Origin: Dehalococcoidia bacterium
Lineage (GTDB): Bacteria > Chloroflexota > Dehalococcoidia > Plut-88900
Reading direction: 5' to 3'
Length of the DNA: 64,000 bases
Assembly (NCBI GenBank): GCA_965197645.1
Contig: OZ240219.1
Location: 2,208,001-2,272,000 of the forward strand
Part shown: positions 50,897 to 61,025 of the stretch, in pieces
Numbering within the stretch: the stretch's first letter is position 1
Layout of the letters: each line of letters starts with the position of its first letter
The notes under the pieces: model-generated
What the model was told of the DNA's origin: nothing
Databases searched by the model: none
The model's input: the letters and a program-made list of their open reading frames with translations, nothing else
Translations under genes and position numbers: made by a program

Positions 50897-52474
50897 TTCG
50901 TATTTTCTCCCCAGCTCCTCCTCCCACCTCAGGTAGTTGATCGCTTCCGCGAAGTTGCGCTCCGATCCGAAGGCGACCATATCGTCCGGAGGGCTCATAA
51001 CACCTGTTAGCCCCTTCTCGACAGATAGCCCTTCCCCGAGCCACCGTTTCATTCCCCCATTCATGACCATAACGTTGCTATACCCCAGCTCCTTGAGGGT
51101 TGCTGCAGCCAGCACTGAGTTTCTTCCATCGCTGCAGGTGACCACCAACTCCGATGACTTGTCGACGCCCAGGTCGCCGATCCACAGCTCCAACCACCCC
51201 CGGGGCATCCACCTGGCCCCGGCCACGTGTCCCTCCGCGTACTCCTGGCTGGTGCCCACGAACAGTACGCTGGGCGGGCTGGACGATAGGAGCCTGTCCT
51301 GCAGTTCGTGAGCGTCGATGCTCTTTACTTTGTCCATCTCCTCATCCAGCCCGAACGGTTCATGCGGTGCCATTCCAGACTGCAACTGAAGTCCTGCGTC
51401 TCTCCAGGCGGATGTCCCACCCTCCACGCAGTAGACCTTCGGGTATCCCATCTGCCGGAACCAGGATGCCGTAACGAAGGACCTGATGCTGCCGTCACAG
51501 CAGAACACGATGTTACCGTTCTTCACCGCTACCACGTCGTCGCTCTGCTGAACAGCCTGCCCACCCGGGTACCAGCGGAAGCCGGGAACGTAGCCATCGC
51601 GGAACTCTTCCACGGTGCGAACGTCGATAAGATAGACCGTCTCGTTGTTGCTCCTGCTCATCAAGTCCTGGAGCGCGTCTATGCCCAGGACCTGTACACC
51701 GTCCTCTGCCGCCGCCTTTCGGGCAAAGGCCTCCGCCTTGGATCTGGCTCCTTCGGAGACCTTGGGAGCTTCCGTGCGCTGCGATCCAACCTCCAGGTCC
51801 AATCCCGCCAGCGACCATCCCATCGTTCCGTTGCGGAGCCCCCTGGCGTTCTTGAACCCCATCCTCTGCAGCAGCCCGGTACCGATGATGCTGCGAGTCC
51901 TGCCTGCGCAGTGCACCACAACTGGCGTTTCGAGATCGTCTACGAGGTCCCAGATGTGCAATGCCAGCTCACCTCCCGGTAGGCTTCGGCTGCCCGGTAT
52001 GCAGTAGCTGGTGTGCTCCTGGGGCGTTCGGGTGTCGACGACCACCTCAACCTCGGCATTGGAGATTCTCTGCTCCAGCTCCTCGGCGTCGATCTCGGGA
52101 ACGCTGCGCTCCACCTGTATCCGCTCCCCGAAATCCTTGCTCAGGACGTTGGTGCCCCACTCGGTGGGGTACCCTTCGTAGGCCCAGCGATTTGCCCCGC
52201 CCGCCAGCACCGAGACACGGCCGTATCCCATCACTTCCAGCGTAGCGGCCGCCAGGTCTGCCCTGCGCCCGTCGTCATCGCATACCACCAGGTGCACACC
52301 CTTGTAGGGCGCCAGCTCCTCCGCTCGAAACTCCAGCAACCGGCGCGGCAGGGAGCTGAAACCGGGAATATGCGAGGTGTTGTACTCCCCGTACTCCCGC
52401 ACGTCTATCAGACCGAGCTCGGCCTCGGACTGCATCAGGCCGTTGAGCTCGCCTGCTGTAATGGACGTAGGCAT
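50879..52474 (-). CDS. four-domain rhodanese/sulfurtransferase
   Basis: Four rhodanese repeats (DVRE..EY...HIPG; DTRT..E; DVRT.EEF; EY.EGHV.GA); active-site loop HCAGRTRS in domain 2. Confidence 0.9.
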   Translation of the reverse strand: MPTSITAGELNGLMQSEAELGLIDVREYGEYNTSHIPGFSSLPRRLLEFRAEELAPYKGVHLVVCDDDGRRADLAAATLEVMGYGRVSVLAGGANRWAYEGYPTEWGTNVLSKDFGERIQVERSVPEIDAEELEQRISNAEVEVVVDTRTPQEHTSYCIPGSRSLPGGELALHIWDLVDDLETPVVVHCAGRTRSIIGTGLLQRMGFKNARGLRNGTMGWSLAGLDLEVGSQRTEAPKVSEGARSKAEAFARKAAAEDGVQVLGIDALQDLMSRSNNETVYLIDVRTVEEFRDGYVPGFRWYPGGQAVQQSDDVVAVKNGNIVFCCDGSIRSFVTASWFRQMGYPKVYCVEGGTSAWRDAGLQLQSGMAPHEPFGLDEEMDKVKSIDAHELQDRLLSSSPPSVLFVGTSQEYAEGHVAGARWMPRGWLELWIGDLGVDKSSELVVTCSDGRNSVLAAATLKELGYSNVMVMNGGMKRWLGEGLSVEKGLTGVMSPPDDMVAFGSERNFAEAINYLRWEEELGRKYEPAPER

Positions 52475-52481
52475 CGGGGGC

Positions 52482-53066
52482 TTACTCGTTATCGTATTTC
52501 GTAGAGGACTTGAAGGACTTGATCTGGCCGGTCTCGGGATGGAAGATGCACCGATCGATGGTCGCTAGGTCCTGACCGTAGACGTGGATCTCCACCGTCG
52601 GCTTGTCGTCGGTGTTGTCGATCTGGTGAATCTCGTCGATGCCGGGAATGAGAAGGCTGACCTCTCCGGGCTTGGAAAGCGTCTCCCTGTTCAGCTCCAG
52701 GAGGGCGCGTTCTTTGTTGGAGCCGTCGTCCAGCCGCCGGAATCTCTTCTCCTCCAACGTGTTGTCCAGCACCCCGATCATGCCCCAAGTGTGGTGGTCG
52801 TGGGGATCGACGTGGTCCCCGGGGCCCCAGACCTCTGCAGTAACCAGAAGCTCCGGTGATCGATGCAGCAGGTAGGAGCCGTGGGGCGCATCCCTGCCGG
52901 CCCGCACCGATGGGAGCTTGTACTTCTCCGGTATGCAGTTCTGGTTGCCGATCAAGCGCTCCAGCAGAGTTGAGGCCTTGTCCAGCACCTTTTCATCGTC
53001 CGGCTCCGCCGCTATCAGCTCGAGCATCTCGTGGGTGAAGTCGTCGAGCACATAACTTCCAGCCAT
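52482..53066 (-). CDS. cysteine/3-mercaptopropionate dioxygenase-like cupin
   Basis: WGPG...PHDH.TWG, EIHQI, IHVYG. Confidence 0.82.
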   Translation of the reverse strand: MAGSYVLDDFTHEMLELIAAEPDDEKVLDKASTLLERLIGNQNCIPEKYKLPSVRAGRDAPHGSYLLHRSPELLVTAEVWGPGDHVDPHDHHTWGMIGVLDNTLEEKRFRRLDDGSNKERALLELNRETLSKPGEVSLLIPGIDEIHQIDNTDDKPTVEIHVYGQDLATIDRCIFHPETGQIKSFKSSTKYDNE

Positions 53067-53119
53067 CTCTCACACTCCCCTCCCAGCTTTAACCTATCCT
53101 TTGGACCTTCGACATTTTC

Positions 53120-53147
53120 ATTATCCCGTTCGAGGGCACGGTGTCAA
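53120..53147 (-). promoter_or_regulatory. sigma70-type promoter for the dioxygenase-rhodanese unit
   Basis: TTGACA (53147-53142), 16 nt, GATAAT (53125-53120). Confidence 0.5.
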
Positions 53148-53210
53148 GCCGAACCAAATCAAAATGCGCGTGAGCGCCAGCGTACCATAGTAAAGAGATG
53201 TCTCTCCGGA

Positions 53211-54527
53211 CTAGTGCCCCTCGGACGCCAGTGCTATCGCCTCTTCCAGGATGGACAGACTGGTGTCCACCTGTGCCCGGGTTATGATCAGGGGCGGAGC
53301 TATTCGCGTGATGTTGCCGTGGTCCCCTCCGAACAGGATAAGCCCCCTCTCCAGGCACCGGGACCAAATCTTGTGGAGCAGCTCCGGCGCCGGTTCCCTG
53401 GTGTCCTTGCTCTGGACGATCTCTATGCCGAGAAGCAAGCCCAACCCTCGAACGTCGCCTAGAATCTCGAACCTGTCACGCAGGTCCTCCAGGCCCGACT
53501 TGAAGTAGGCACCCATGCGGGCGGCGTTCTCGACCAGGCCTTCGGTCTCGATGATATTGATATTCGCCAGCCCGACTCCGCACAGGAACGGGTCACCCGA
53601 ATGGGAGGACAACAGGGAGAACCCCTCGGTCTCCAGCTTCTCAGCCACCGACCGTCTCACTATCGTAGCGCTCAGCGGCACGGAGCCTCCCAGGGCCTTG
53701 GACACCGTGAGCACGTCTGGCACCACGTCGAAGTGCTCGATGGCGAACCACTTACCCGACCTGCCTATGCCGGTCTGGGCCTCGTCCAGGATCATCAGCG
53801 CCCCGCGCTCGTCGCAGAGACGCCGGACCTCCCGCATATACTCCACCGAAGGTACGAAGATGCCACCCGAGCTCAAGATAGGTTCCAGTATGATGGCAGC
53901 CGGCGAGCCGGCGGTGGTCTTGTCGAGGAACTCCACACCGTACTCGAGGCAGGTCAGGTTGCAGGAGCCGTTCTGCCTGCAGAAACGACATCTGTACGGG
54001 TTCGGGGTGGGCAGGAAGGCTGCTCCTGGCATCGTCGAGCCGTACCCCCGCTTCAGGTCGCTGCCTGCGGCCGTCACCGCTAGCGATCCCTGGGTAAGTC
54101 CGTGGTACCCACCGACCAGTCCGACTATCTCGTCCCGTCCGGTATAGAACTTGGCCATCCTCAGGGCGGCCTCGTTGGATTCCGAGCCTGTGTTGGCGAA
54201 GTAGGTCTTATCCAGGTCGCCGGGGGTCAAGTCCGCCAGCCTCTTCGCCAGCTTGATCTCCTCCGGCGTGGTGAAGGTGTAGCCCGTCTGCATGATCCGG
54301 CTTGCCTGAGCGGCAATCGCCTTCACCAGCTCGGGATGGCTGTGCCCGGCAGAGACGCAAATCTGGCCCGACATCAGGTCGATGTACTCGTTCCCTTCTA
54401 CGTCCCAGACCAGGCACCCCTCCCCCCGTTCCAGGACTATCGGGTAGGTGTTCCTGCTCTGCAGCCGGTACTCCTCGTTCTCGGCCATCCATTCTTCGTT
54501 CGTGGTGAATATAGGTGTCTCACCCAT
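53211..54527 (-). CDS. class III PLP aminotransferase, 2,2-dialkylglycine decarboxylase-like
   Basis: SGQ...GHSHP, TGSESNEAA.RMAK, EPILSSGGI, DEAQTG, SKALG, RIAPPL; GAGGAG RBS before ATG 54527. Confidence 0.82.
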   Translation of the reverse strand: MGETPIFTTNEEWMAENEEYRLQSRNTYPIVLERGEGCLVWDVEGNEYIDLMSGQICVSAGHSHPELVKAIAAQASRIMQTGYTFTTPEEIKLAKRLADLTPGDLDKTYFANTGSESNEAALRMAKFYTGRDEIVGLVGGYHGLTQGSLAVTAAGSDLKRGYGSTMPGAAFLPTPNPYRCRFCRQNGSCNLTCLEYGVEFLDKTTAGSPAAIILEPILSSGGIFVPSVEYMREVRRLCDERGALMILDEAQTGIGRSGKWFAIEHFDVVPDVLTVSKALGGSVPLSATIVRRSVAEKLETEGFSLLSSHSGDPFLCGVGLANINIIETEGLVENAARMGAYFKSGLEDLRDRFEILGDVRGLGLLLGIEIVQSKDTREPAPELLHKIWSRCLERGLILFGGDHGNITRIAPPLIITRAQVDTSLSILEEAIALASEGH

Positions 54528-54570
54528 GTTGTAGTCTCCTCTGTGGCGACTGCCGGTAGTCGATTCGGGC

Positions 54571-55968
54571 TCAGTCCAACTGCGGGGGCTGCCAACCGCC
54601 CAGCTCCGACTCGATGTGCTTGGCGACAGCCAACGCGATATGATCACTCCACGGTTTGGCCCCAACCTGTACCCCGATGGGCAGTCCCTCCGGCGAGGTC
54701 CCTCCGCGCACCACGGCGCCGGGCCATCCGGTGAGGTTGTAGTACAGCACGTAGCTGAACCCTCGCAGCGAGTCCGGCTCCAGGCCCGTCCAATGGGGTG
54801 CGGCCGGTTCGGCGCCCACGGGGCTGATAATCACGTCGTAGTCGGCCATGTATCTCGTCATGCTGCGACGAAACTCATCCCACTGGGCCACGGTTGCGAC
54901 GACCTCCGCCGGAGACTCCGTTGCCGGGGATATCGTTTCCATCCAACGCTCGATCAGCGGATGAATACGTTTGGTACCGGCCGCTGCCAGCGTGGCTTTG
55001 GCGCCGGCCGCGCCCTCTATCCGCCACAGTCGGCGGGACAGTTCAAATGTGGTCGAGATGCATTCCGGGAGCGACTCCTCAACTCGAGCGCCAGCATCCT
55101 CCAGGCATCGGGCCGCTGCTTTCACCGCCTCTACAGTCTCCGCCGTCGGAGACTGGATGCCATTGTCCGTGTGGTACGAGACCCTGAGGGAACTTACATC
55201 AACCTCGGAGGGGTCTCCGAGAGGGCCGGGTATGATGGCCGGGTCCCTATCGTCGGGCCCGGCGATGATGGGCAGAGTCAGTATCAGGTCTTCTACGTAG
55301 CGGGCCATCGGGCCTACCTGAAACTTGAAGTCCAGGATGCCGCCTGCCGGACCGAAGTGGCCCGTTCGAGGTACACACCCGGAGGTCGGTTTGATACCGG
55401 CGATGCCGCAGTTGTGGGCCGGCTGCCGTATGCTGCCGCCGGAGTCGCTGCCGATGCCGAAGGGCGATCCCCCCGCCGCGATGATGGCCGCCTCTCCGCC
55501 GCTGCTGCCACCCGGCCCCCGTTCCAGATCGTAAGGGTTATTGCACCTTCCATAGACCAGGTTATCGCTCTCCCACAGCATGCTCAACTCGGGCAGGTTG
55601 GTCTTGCCCAGCATTATTCCCCCGGCGGCCTTCAATCGCTTTACCACCGTGGCATCCTCGGATGGCACGAAGGACGAGCGCCCCTCCGTGCCACCGGTCG
55701 AAACGACTCCGGCCGTCTCCAAGGCGTCCTTGATGGTCATCGGGACTCCGTGCAGAGGTCCCGTAGTCCGGCCTTTCGCCAGCTCCTCGTCTGCCTCCCG
55801 CGCCTGGGCCATGGCCTCGTCGCCGGTCACCACGACCACCGCGTTAATCTGGGGATTGACCTCCTGGATCCTGTCCAAGTGGGCCTGCACCACCTCCGTG
55901 GACGAGACTTTCTTATCTCGGATCGCCTGGGCGATACTGACGGCTGAGGAATGTAAGAGGTCTTTCAT
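54571..55968 (-). CDS. amidase signature family protein
   Basis: GVPMTIKD, GGSSGG, GSDSGGSIR. Confidence 0.92.
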   Translation of the reverse strand: MKDLLHSSAVSIAQAIRDKKVSSTEVVQAHLDRIQEVNPQINAVVVVTGDEAMAQAREADEELAKGRTTGPLHGVPMTIKDALETAGVVSTGGTEGRSSFVPSEDATVVKRLKAAGGIMLGKTNLPELSMLWESDNLVYGRCNNPYDLERGPGGSSGGEAAIIAAGGSPFGIGSDSGGSIRQPAHNCGIAGIKPTSGCVPRTGHFGPAGGILDFKFQVGPMARYVEDLILTLPIIAGPDDRDPAIIPGPLGDPSEVDVSSLRVSYHTDNGIQSPTAETVEAVKAAARCLEDAGARVEESLPECISTTFELSRRLWRIEGAAGAKATLAAAGTKRIHPLIERWMETISPATESPAEVVATVAQWDEFRRSMTRYMADYDVIISPVGAEPAAPHWTGLEPDSLRGFSYVLYYNLTGWPGAVVRGGTSPEGLPIGVQVGAKPWSDHIALAVAKHIESELGGWQPPQLD

Positions 55969-56004
55969 GTCTAGTTCCGCCTCCTTGTACTGTCTACGAC
56001 CGCT

Positions 56005-56936
56005 CTACTTGAAGTGGGGAATCACCTCACTACTGAAGGTCTCTAGCTGCTTGGCCGACTCCGACGGTGGGCAGCACTGGGTGATTATGAAGTGGCTGAT
56101 TCCCAGCTCCGCGAACCGTTCGATGCTCTCGATACAGTCTTCGGGAGTGCCCAGCCCGTAGCTCCTGTCGAGCTTCACGTCCCACGGCACACCGAGCGCA
56201 GCTTCGATCTGCTGTTGTGCCATCTTCCGGGCTTGCGCCTTGGTTTCTCCCAGGCAAGTCCATAACGTCCCGGCCCACTTTATCGAATCGGGATTACGCC
56301 CATAGGAAGCGGCCAGCGCCCGAATGGCGTCCTGGGTCTCCTTGTACAGACCGGAGGGTGTGTCGGCGGGGAAGATGAAGGTGTCCGCGTGACGAGCGGC
56401 GCGCCGGAGGGCCGCCTTGGCGATTTTTCCGTCCAACGAGCACCTACCCATATGGGGATGCCTGGCTCCTGCGCCGGTCTCGGTTCGATGGACACGTCCT
56501 CGAAGCTGTAGTACCGGCCCTCGTAATCAACTCCAGTCCCGCTCAGCAAGCTATCGAGAATAGCCAGCCGCTCGTCGGTCAGCTTACCCCGCTGGCTCGG
56601 GTCTATCCCTTCGATCTCCAGGTCCTTGGGGACTACGCCTCCCATGCCCACGCCGAGGGTCAGACGGCCTCCCGAGAGCAGGTCCACGGATGATGCCGCC
56701 TTTGCCAGCTGGAAGGGGCTTCGCAGCGCCAGGGCCACAACGCCCGTTCCCAACCTGAGGGAACTGGTGTGCTGGGCTACCGCGGCCAGCAGGACCATGG
56801 GGTCGAAGGTGGGAATGGTGAGAAACTCGGGCGCCCAGTAGGTATGGAAGCCCCAGGCTTCGGCCTGTTTGCCCAGGCTTATGGGCTCTATCCCCCTGTT
56901 CAGGGAATGGGTAACGCCGAATTCCACTCTAGCCAC
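56005..56936 (-). pseudogene. LLM-class flavin-dependent oxidoreductase split by a 1-nt frameshift near 56432
   Basis: N-half (56936 to ~56433: SVDLLSGGRLTLGVG...PIWVGARW) continues in another frame (DGKIAKAALRRAARHAD...GTPEDC...FSSEVIPHFK). Confidence 0.78.
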
Positions 56937-57093
56937 GATGGTATTCTACCCGTCGATTGCTATTTGTCTCAAGGGCGAACTACGACACTGAGAGAGACCG
57001 TTTGCTGACACGGACGCCGCCATCTGCTATGCACCTCGAACTGGCAGGAATCGAGAGTGCATCCGAATAGAGCGGTCCGGAGCGACTGACCGG

Positions 57094-58503
57094 CTACTCC
57101 AGGACAACCTGGACGATAAAGGCATCGGTGCTGCCGAGCTTGCGCTGGGTTGGCAGGGCGTCCTCCGTCCGTCCGGTGATGTAGATCTCTCCGGAAGCTG
57201 CCGAGGCTATCCCGGTCGCCTTGTCGAAGGGAGTGGACGTCAGCTGTATCCTGGTCAACTCAGCGCCCGAGGGATCGTAGGTGGTGAGGAAGGAATCGGC
57301 GCCGACTGCCGTCGCCCTCGCAACGATTATTCCCAGCGTCCAGCCCGCCGCCTGGATAGTGCCATCGGCGCTGATGGCCAGGTCGCGGATTTCGTCCTCG
57401 CTGTTGGAGCCGAACTGGAGGGTCCAGAGGAGACCCGCCGTCGAGTCGTATTTCCTGAGGAAAGCATCCGCGCCGCCGGCGCTCTCGGCATCACCCAGCG
57501 AACCGCTTGTGCCGCCCCCAACGTATACGTTTCCCTCCCCATCCACGGCTATGGCGAAAGCGTCATCCTTCCTGAACGTCCCGAATTGAACAGTCCATAT
57601 CTCCGTTCCAAGAGGATCGTACTTGCGCACAAACGCATCCTCGATTCCGTACGCCGATTGACCCGGTAGGGCGTCACCGACGGTACCGGCAATGTAGACG
57701 TTGCCTTCACCATCGATGGTTACGTCGTGAGCGATATCATCTTCGTCCGTGCCCAGCTGGACCGTCCAGACCTCGTGGCTGTCCGGGTCCAGGACGGTCA
57801 AGAAGATGTCCTGGTCGCCCAACGCCTCCTGCTCCGGTAGCACGCCAGAGGTGACGCCGGCCACGGCGATGTTTCCGGAACCGCCTATCGCTACTTTGAA
57901 CGCCTCGTCCTCTTCGGCGGTCCCGAACTGGGCGATCCATATCTGCTCGCCCGAAGAATCCAGCTTTTCGACGAAGGCGTCCTTACCTCCGGCGTTCGGC
58001 TGGGGCGAAAGCTCACCCGTCGTGCTGCCAACCACGTAAATCTCGCCGTCCGGGTTGATCGAGATGCCGTTGGCAATGTCCGCCTCTTCGGTCCCGAGCT
58101 GTACGACCCAGGCGGAGCTTCCATCCGGGTTGTAGCGTTGGATGAAGGAGTCCCTCGATCCGATGTTGTCTTGCTCCGGAAAGGCGCCGGCGGTGGTGCC
58201 CGTGACGTAGATGTTGTCCTCGGAGTCAAGGGCGATGTCCAGCGCCAGATCGGTGGAACGGGACCCGAACTGGCGTACCCACGTTACCGGCAGATCAGTG
58301 TATCCGGGATGCGTCGATGTCCTGGTGCTTGTGGCCGGTGCCGTGGTAAGTGTAGGGGTAGGCTCGGGGTCTTCCGCAGGCTCCGCTCCGGGGTCAACGC
58401 CTCCACACGCCAAGGCGGCGATGGTGACGGTCACGACAAGAAAAATCGCTATCAACCAGCGCTGCGCACCCGAAGACCAGATGTTTGTAAGTGGGCTGAT
58501 CAA
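57094..58503 (-). CDS. SBBP-repeat beta-propeller lipoprotein
   Basis: Hydrophobic signal with LAC lipobox, Pro/Thr linker, about 7 repeats W..Q.G....D.A......D..GN.YV.G.T.G. Confidence 0.82.
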   Translation of the reverse strand: MISPLTNIWSSGAQRWLIAIFLVVTVTIAALACGGVDPGAEPAEDPEPTPTLTTAPATSTRTSTHPGYTDLPVTWVRQFGSRSTDLALDIALDSEDNIYVTGTTAGAFPEQDNIGSRDSFIQRYNPDGSSAWVVQLGTEEADIANGISINPDGEIYVVGSTTGELSPQPNAGGKDAFVEKLDSSGEQIWIAQFGTAEEDEAFKVAIGGSGNIAVAGVTSGVLPEQEALGDQDIFLTVLDPDSHEVWTVQLGTDEDDIAHDVTIDGEGNVYIAGTVGDALPGQSAYGIEDAFVRKYDPLGTEIWTVQFGTFRKDDAFAIAVDGEGNVYVGGGTSGSLGDAESAGGADAFLRKYDSTAGLLWTLQFGSNSEDEIRDLAISADGTIQAAGWTLGIIVARATAVGADSFLTTYDPSGAELTRIQLTSTPFDKATGIASAASGEIYITGRTEDALPTQRKLGSTDAFIVQVVLE

Positions 58504-58581
58504 CTTGTGATTCCTAGCTTCCTAAGACCAAAATGAAAACGGAAATCCGGCGCCAAAGGTTGCAGGATACCGATTGGCGGA

Positions 58582-59976
58582 CTATAGATTCGGCGCCTGC
58601 CAACCTCCGGTTACGCCCTCGATATGAGCGGCAAGGGCCAGGGCCACGTCTTCCCGCCATGGCCGACCCACTACCTGCACCCCAATCGGCAGCCCGTCGG
58701 CGGTTTCACCGGCGCGAACTACCGCCCCCGGCCAGCCTGTCAGATTATGGGTCATGGTGTAGCTGAACGAGGTGGATACATCCTCATCGATGGATGTGCC
58801 GTGGGCTATCGCTGGGAAAGCGTTGGTAGGGCACAAGATGGCATCGTAGGTCTCCATTGTGGAGAGCATGCTGCTGCGAAAATCGTCCCACGCCGATAGT
58901 GCGGCTGCGAGACCGGCCGCATCCACCGCCTTTCCTGCGCCCCTCTCGAAGATGTGTGAGATGAACGGGGACGGTTCAGCGGTACCGGCTTTCTCCAGCT
59001 CCAAACGGAGCTCCGCTCCACCGTCCGCCGAGCCTATCCTTTCAGCCACGTCGTTCGCCCCTTCGATGCCGTTGGGACGGGTCTCTTCAACCCGGATCCC
59101 AGCATCGGAGAGCGCTTTGGCACATTCCCGCACCACCCGGTCTATGTCGTCGGTGGGGGCGATGATGCCGTTGTCCGTGTGGAAGGCCACCCTCAAGCTG
59201 GTCAGGTCCACGTCTCCAGGGTCCCCTAGAGGCATCGGCACGATGGCCTGGTCCACCCAGTCAGGTCCGGAGATGATCGGTAGACTCAACGCTAGGTCCT
59301 CGACGAACCGGGCCATCGGACCTATCTGGAACGTCGAGTCCTGCAGCCCGTTGAATCTCGGGTAGTGGCCCGTTCGCGGTACCCGGCCCGAGGTCGGCTT
59401 GATTCCGGCTATTCCCGCAAAGTGGGCAGGTAGCCGAATGCTCCCACCCGAGTCGCTCCCCAGACCCAGAGGGGAGCCTCCGGAAGCTATCAGGGCCGAT
59501 TCTCCGCCGCTGCTTCCACCCGGGGTGCGGGATAGATCGTAGGGGTTGTTGGTTTGTCCATAGACCAGGTTGGCGCTTTCATAGGCCATGACGAACTCGG
59601 GCACGTTGGTGTGACCCAGCAGTATGGCCCCGGCTTCTTTCATTCTGGCTGATACGGTGGCGTCCTTCTCGGCCACGTATTCGGCACGGCCCGTGGTACC
59701 GCCGCTGGTTATCACACCGGCGTTCTCTATGCTGTCCTTGACCGTGAAGGGAACGCCGTGCAGCGGGCCCACTACTTCGCCCTTGGCCAGGGCCTCGTCC
59801 GCCTTCTTCGCCTGGGCCGTCGCCGAGTCCGCCGTGAGCTGCACCATGGCGTTTAGCTTGGGATTCACCTCTTCGATACGGCGAAGGTGGGCTTCGATCA
59901 CCTCTTGCGAAGAGACCTTCCTGTGCCTGATGTCTCTTGCCAGCTGGGTAGCCGATGCGTAAATGATCTCATCCAT
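58582..59976 (-). CDS. amidase signature family protein
   Basis: GVPFTVKD, GGSSGG, GSDSGGSIR. Confidence 0.92.
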   Translation of the reverse strand: MDEIIYASATQLARDIRHRKVSSQEVIEAHLRRIEEVNPKLNAMVQLTADSATAQAKKADEALAKGEVVGPLHGVPFTVKDSIENAGVITSGGTTGRAEYVAEKDATVSARMKEAGAILLGHTNVPEFVMAYESANLVYGQTNNPYDLSRTPGGSSGGESALIASGGSPLGLGSDSGGSIRLPAHFAGIAGIKPTSGRVPRTGHYPRFNGLQDSTFQIGPMARFVEDLALSLPIISGPDWVDQAIVPMPLGDPGDVDLTSLRVAFHTDNGIIAPTDDIDRVVRECAKALSDAGIRVEETRPNGIEGANDVAERIGSADGGAELRLELEKAGTAEPSPFISHIFERGAGKAVDAAGLAAALSAWDDFRSSMLSTMETYDAILCPTNAFPAIAHGTSIDEDVSTSFSYTMTHNLTGWPGAVVRAGETADGLPIGVQVVGRPWREDVALALAAHIEGVTGGWQAPNL

Positions 59977-60208
59977 GAATGTCCCCTCCGAGAGGTTTGG
60001 GGCCGACTCAACTTGTCTATGACAATCGGGTCCGGGAGACTGCCTCGACTAGTGCCCCATGATACCCCTAGAGGTTCCCACTGGCAATCCGCGCCGCCGA
60101 TTTTTCCCGTGGGTTGCAGACCATGCACCATTCGCCACCCTGCGTAGAAGCCTGCTACTATAGACAATCTCTGCCATCTTCTAGCTCAAACCGTTGGAGG
60201 TTGCACCT

Positions 60209-60982
60209 ATGACCGATCGACTAAAAGGCAAGGTAGCCCTGGTCACTGGAGGGAGCACTGGCTTGGGAAGGGCCACCGCCCTAGCTTACGGGCGAGGGGG
60301 TGCTTCCGTAGTGGTGTCGGCCCGCCGCACTGGTATGATCGAGGAAGTGGCGGCGTCCATCAACGGTTCCGGCGGGAAGGCTATCGCCGTTACCGCGGAT
60401 GTCGCTTCGGACGGCGATGTCAAGGCTTTGATCGACGCTACTATCGATACCTACGGCCGCATCGACGTCGCCTTCAATAACGCCGGCATAGGCGGCGCCG
60501 ATGGGTTGACCCACGAGATCAGCGTGGAAGATTACGATCAAACCATGGACATCAACCTGAAGGGCTTATGGCTGTGCATGAAGTACGAGCTTCCCCACAT
60601 GATCGAGCAGGGGAGCGGCTCGATAGTCAACATGTCCTCATCGGCCGGAGTCATGGGCTGGAACGAGTTCCCCATCTACACTGCCAGCAAGTGGGGCATA
60701 GTCGGCCTGACCAAAGCTGCAGCACTTCAATACGCTCCCATGGGGATACGGATCAACGCTGTATGCCCCGCTTTTACCCTCGTAGAGAGCATGGCTGCCG
60801 GTATGGCTGAGGACCAGTCGCTTGAGGCCAAGATGGTCTCGACCATTCCGTTGGGAAGGATAGGTACAGCGGAGGAGGTGGCCGAAGCGGTGGTGTGGCT
60901 GTCTTCGGATGAGTCGTCCTTCTGCGTCGGCCATGCGTTGACCCTGGACGGTGGTCAGACCAGCGGCCTGTGGAAGTACTAG
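60209..60982 (+). CDS. short-chain dehydrogenase/reductase
   Basis: TGGSTGLG, NNAG, YTASK; GGAGG RBS. Confidence 0.92.
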   Translation: MTDRLKGKVALVTGGSTGLGRATALAYGRGGASVVVSARRTGMIEEVAASINGSGGKAIAVTADVASDGDVKALIDATIDTYGRIDVAFNNAGIGGADGLTHEISVEDYDQTMDINLKGLWLCMKYELPHMIEQGSGSIVNMSSSAGVMGWNEFPIYTASKWGIVGLTKAAALQYAPMGIRINAVCPAFTLVESMAAGMAEDQSLEAKMVSTIPLGRIGTAEEVAEAVVWLSSDESSFCVGHALTLDGGQTSGLWKY

Positions 60983-61025
60983 CCGCCTCCGGTTCAAAGA
61001 GAGCAGCGACCAGCGTCAGGATGTC

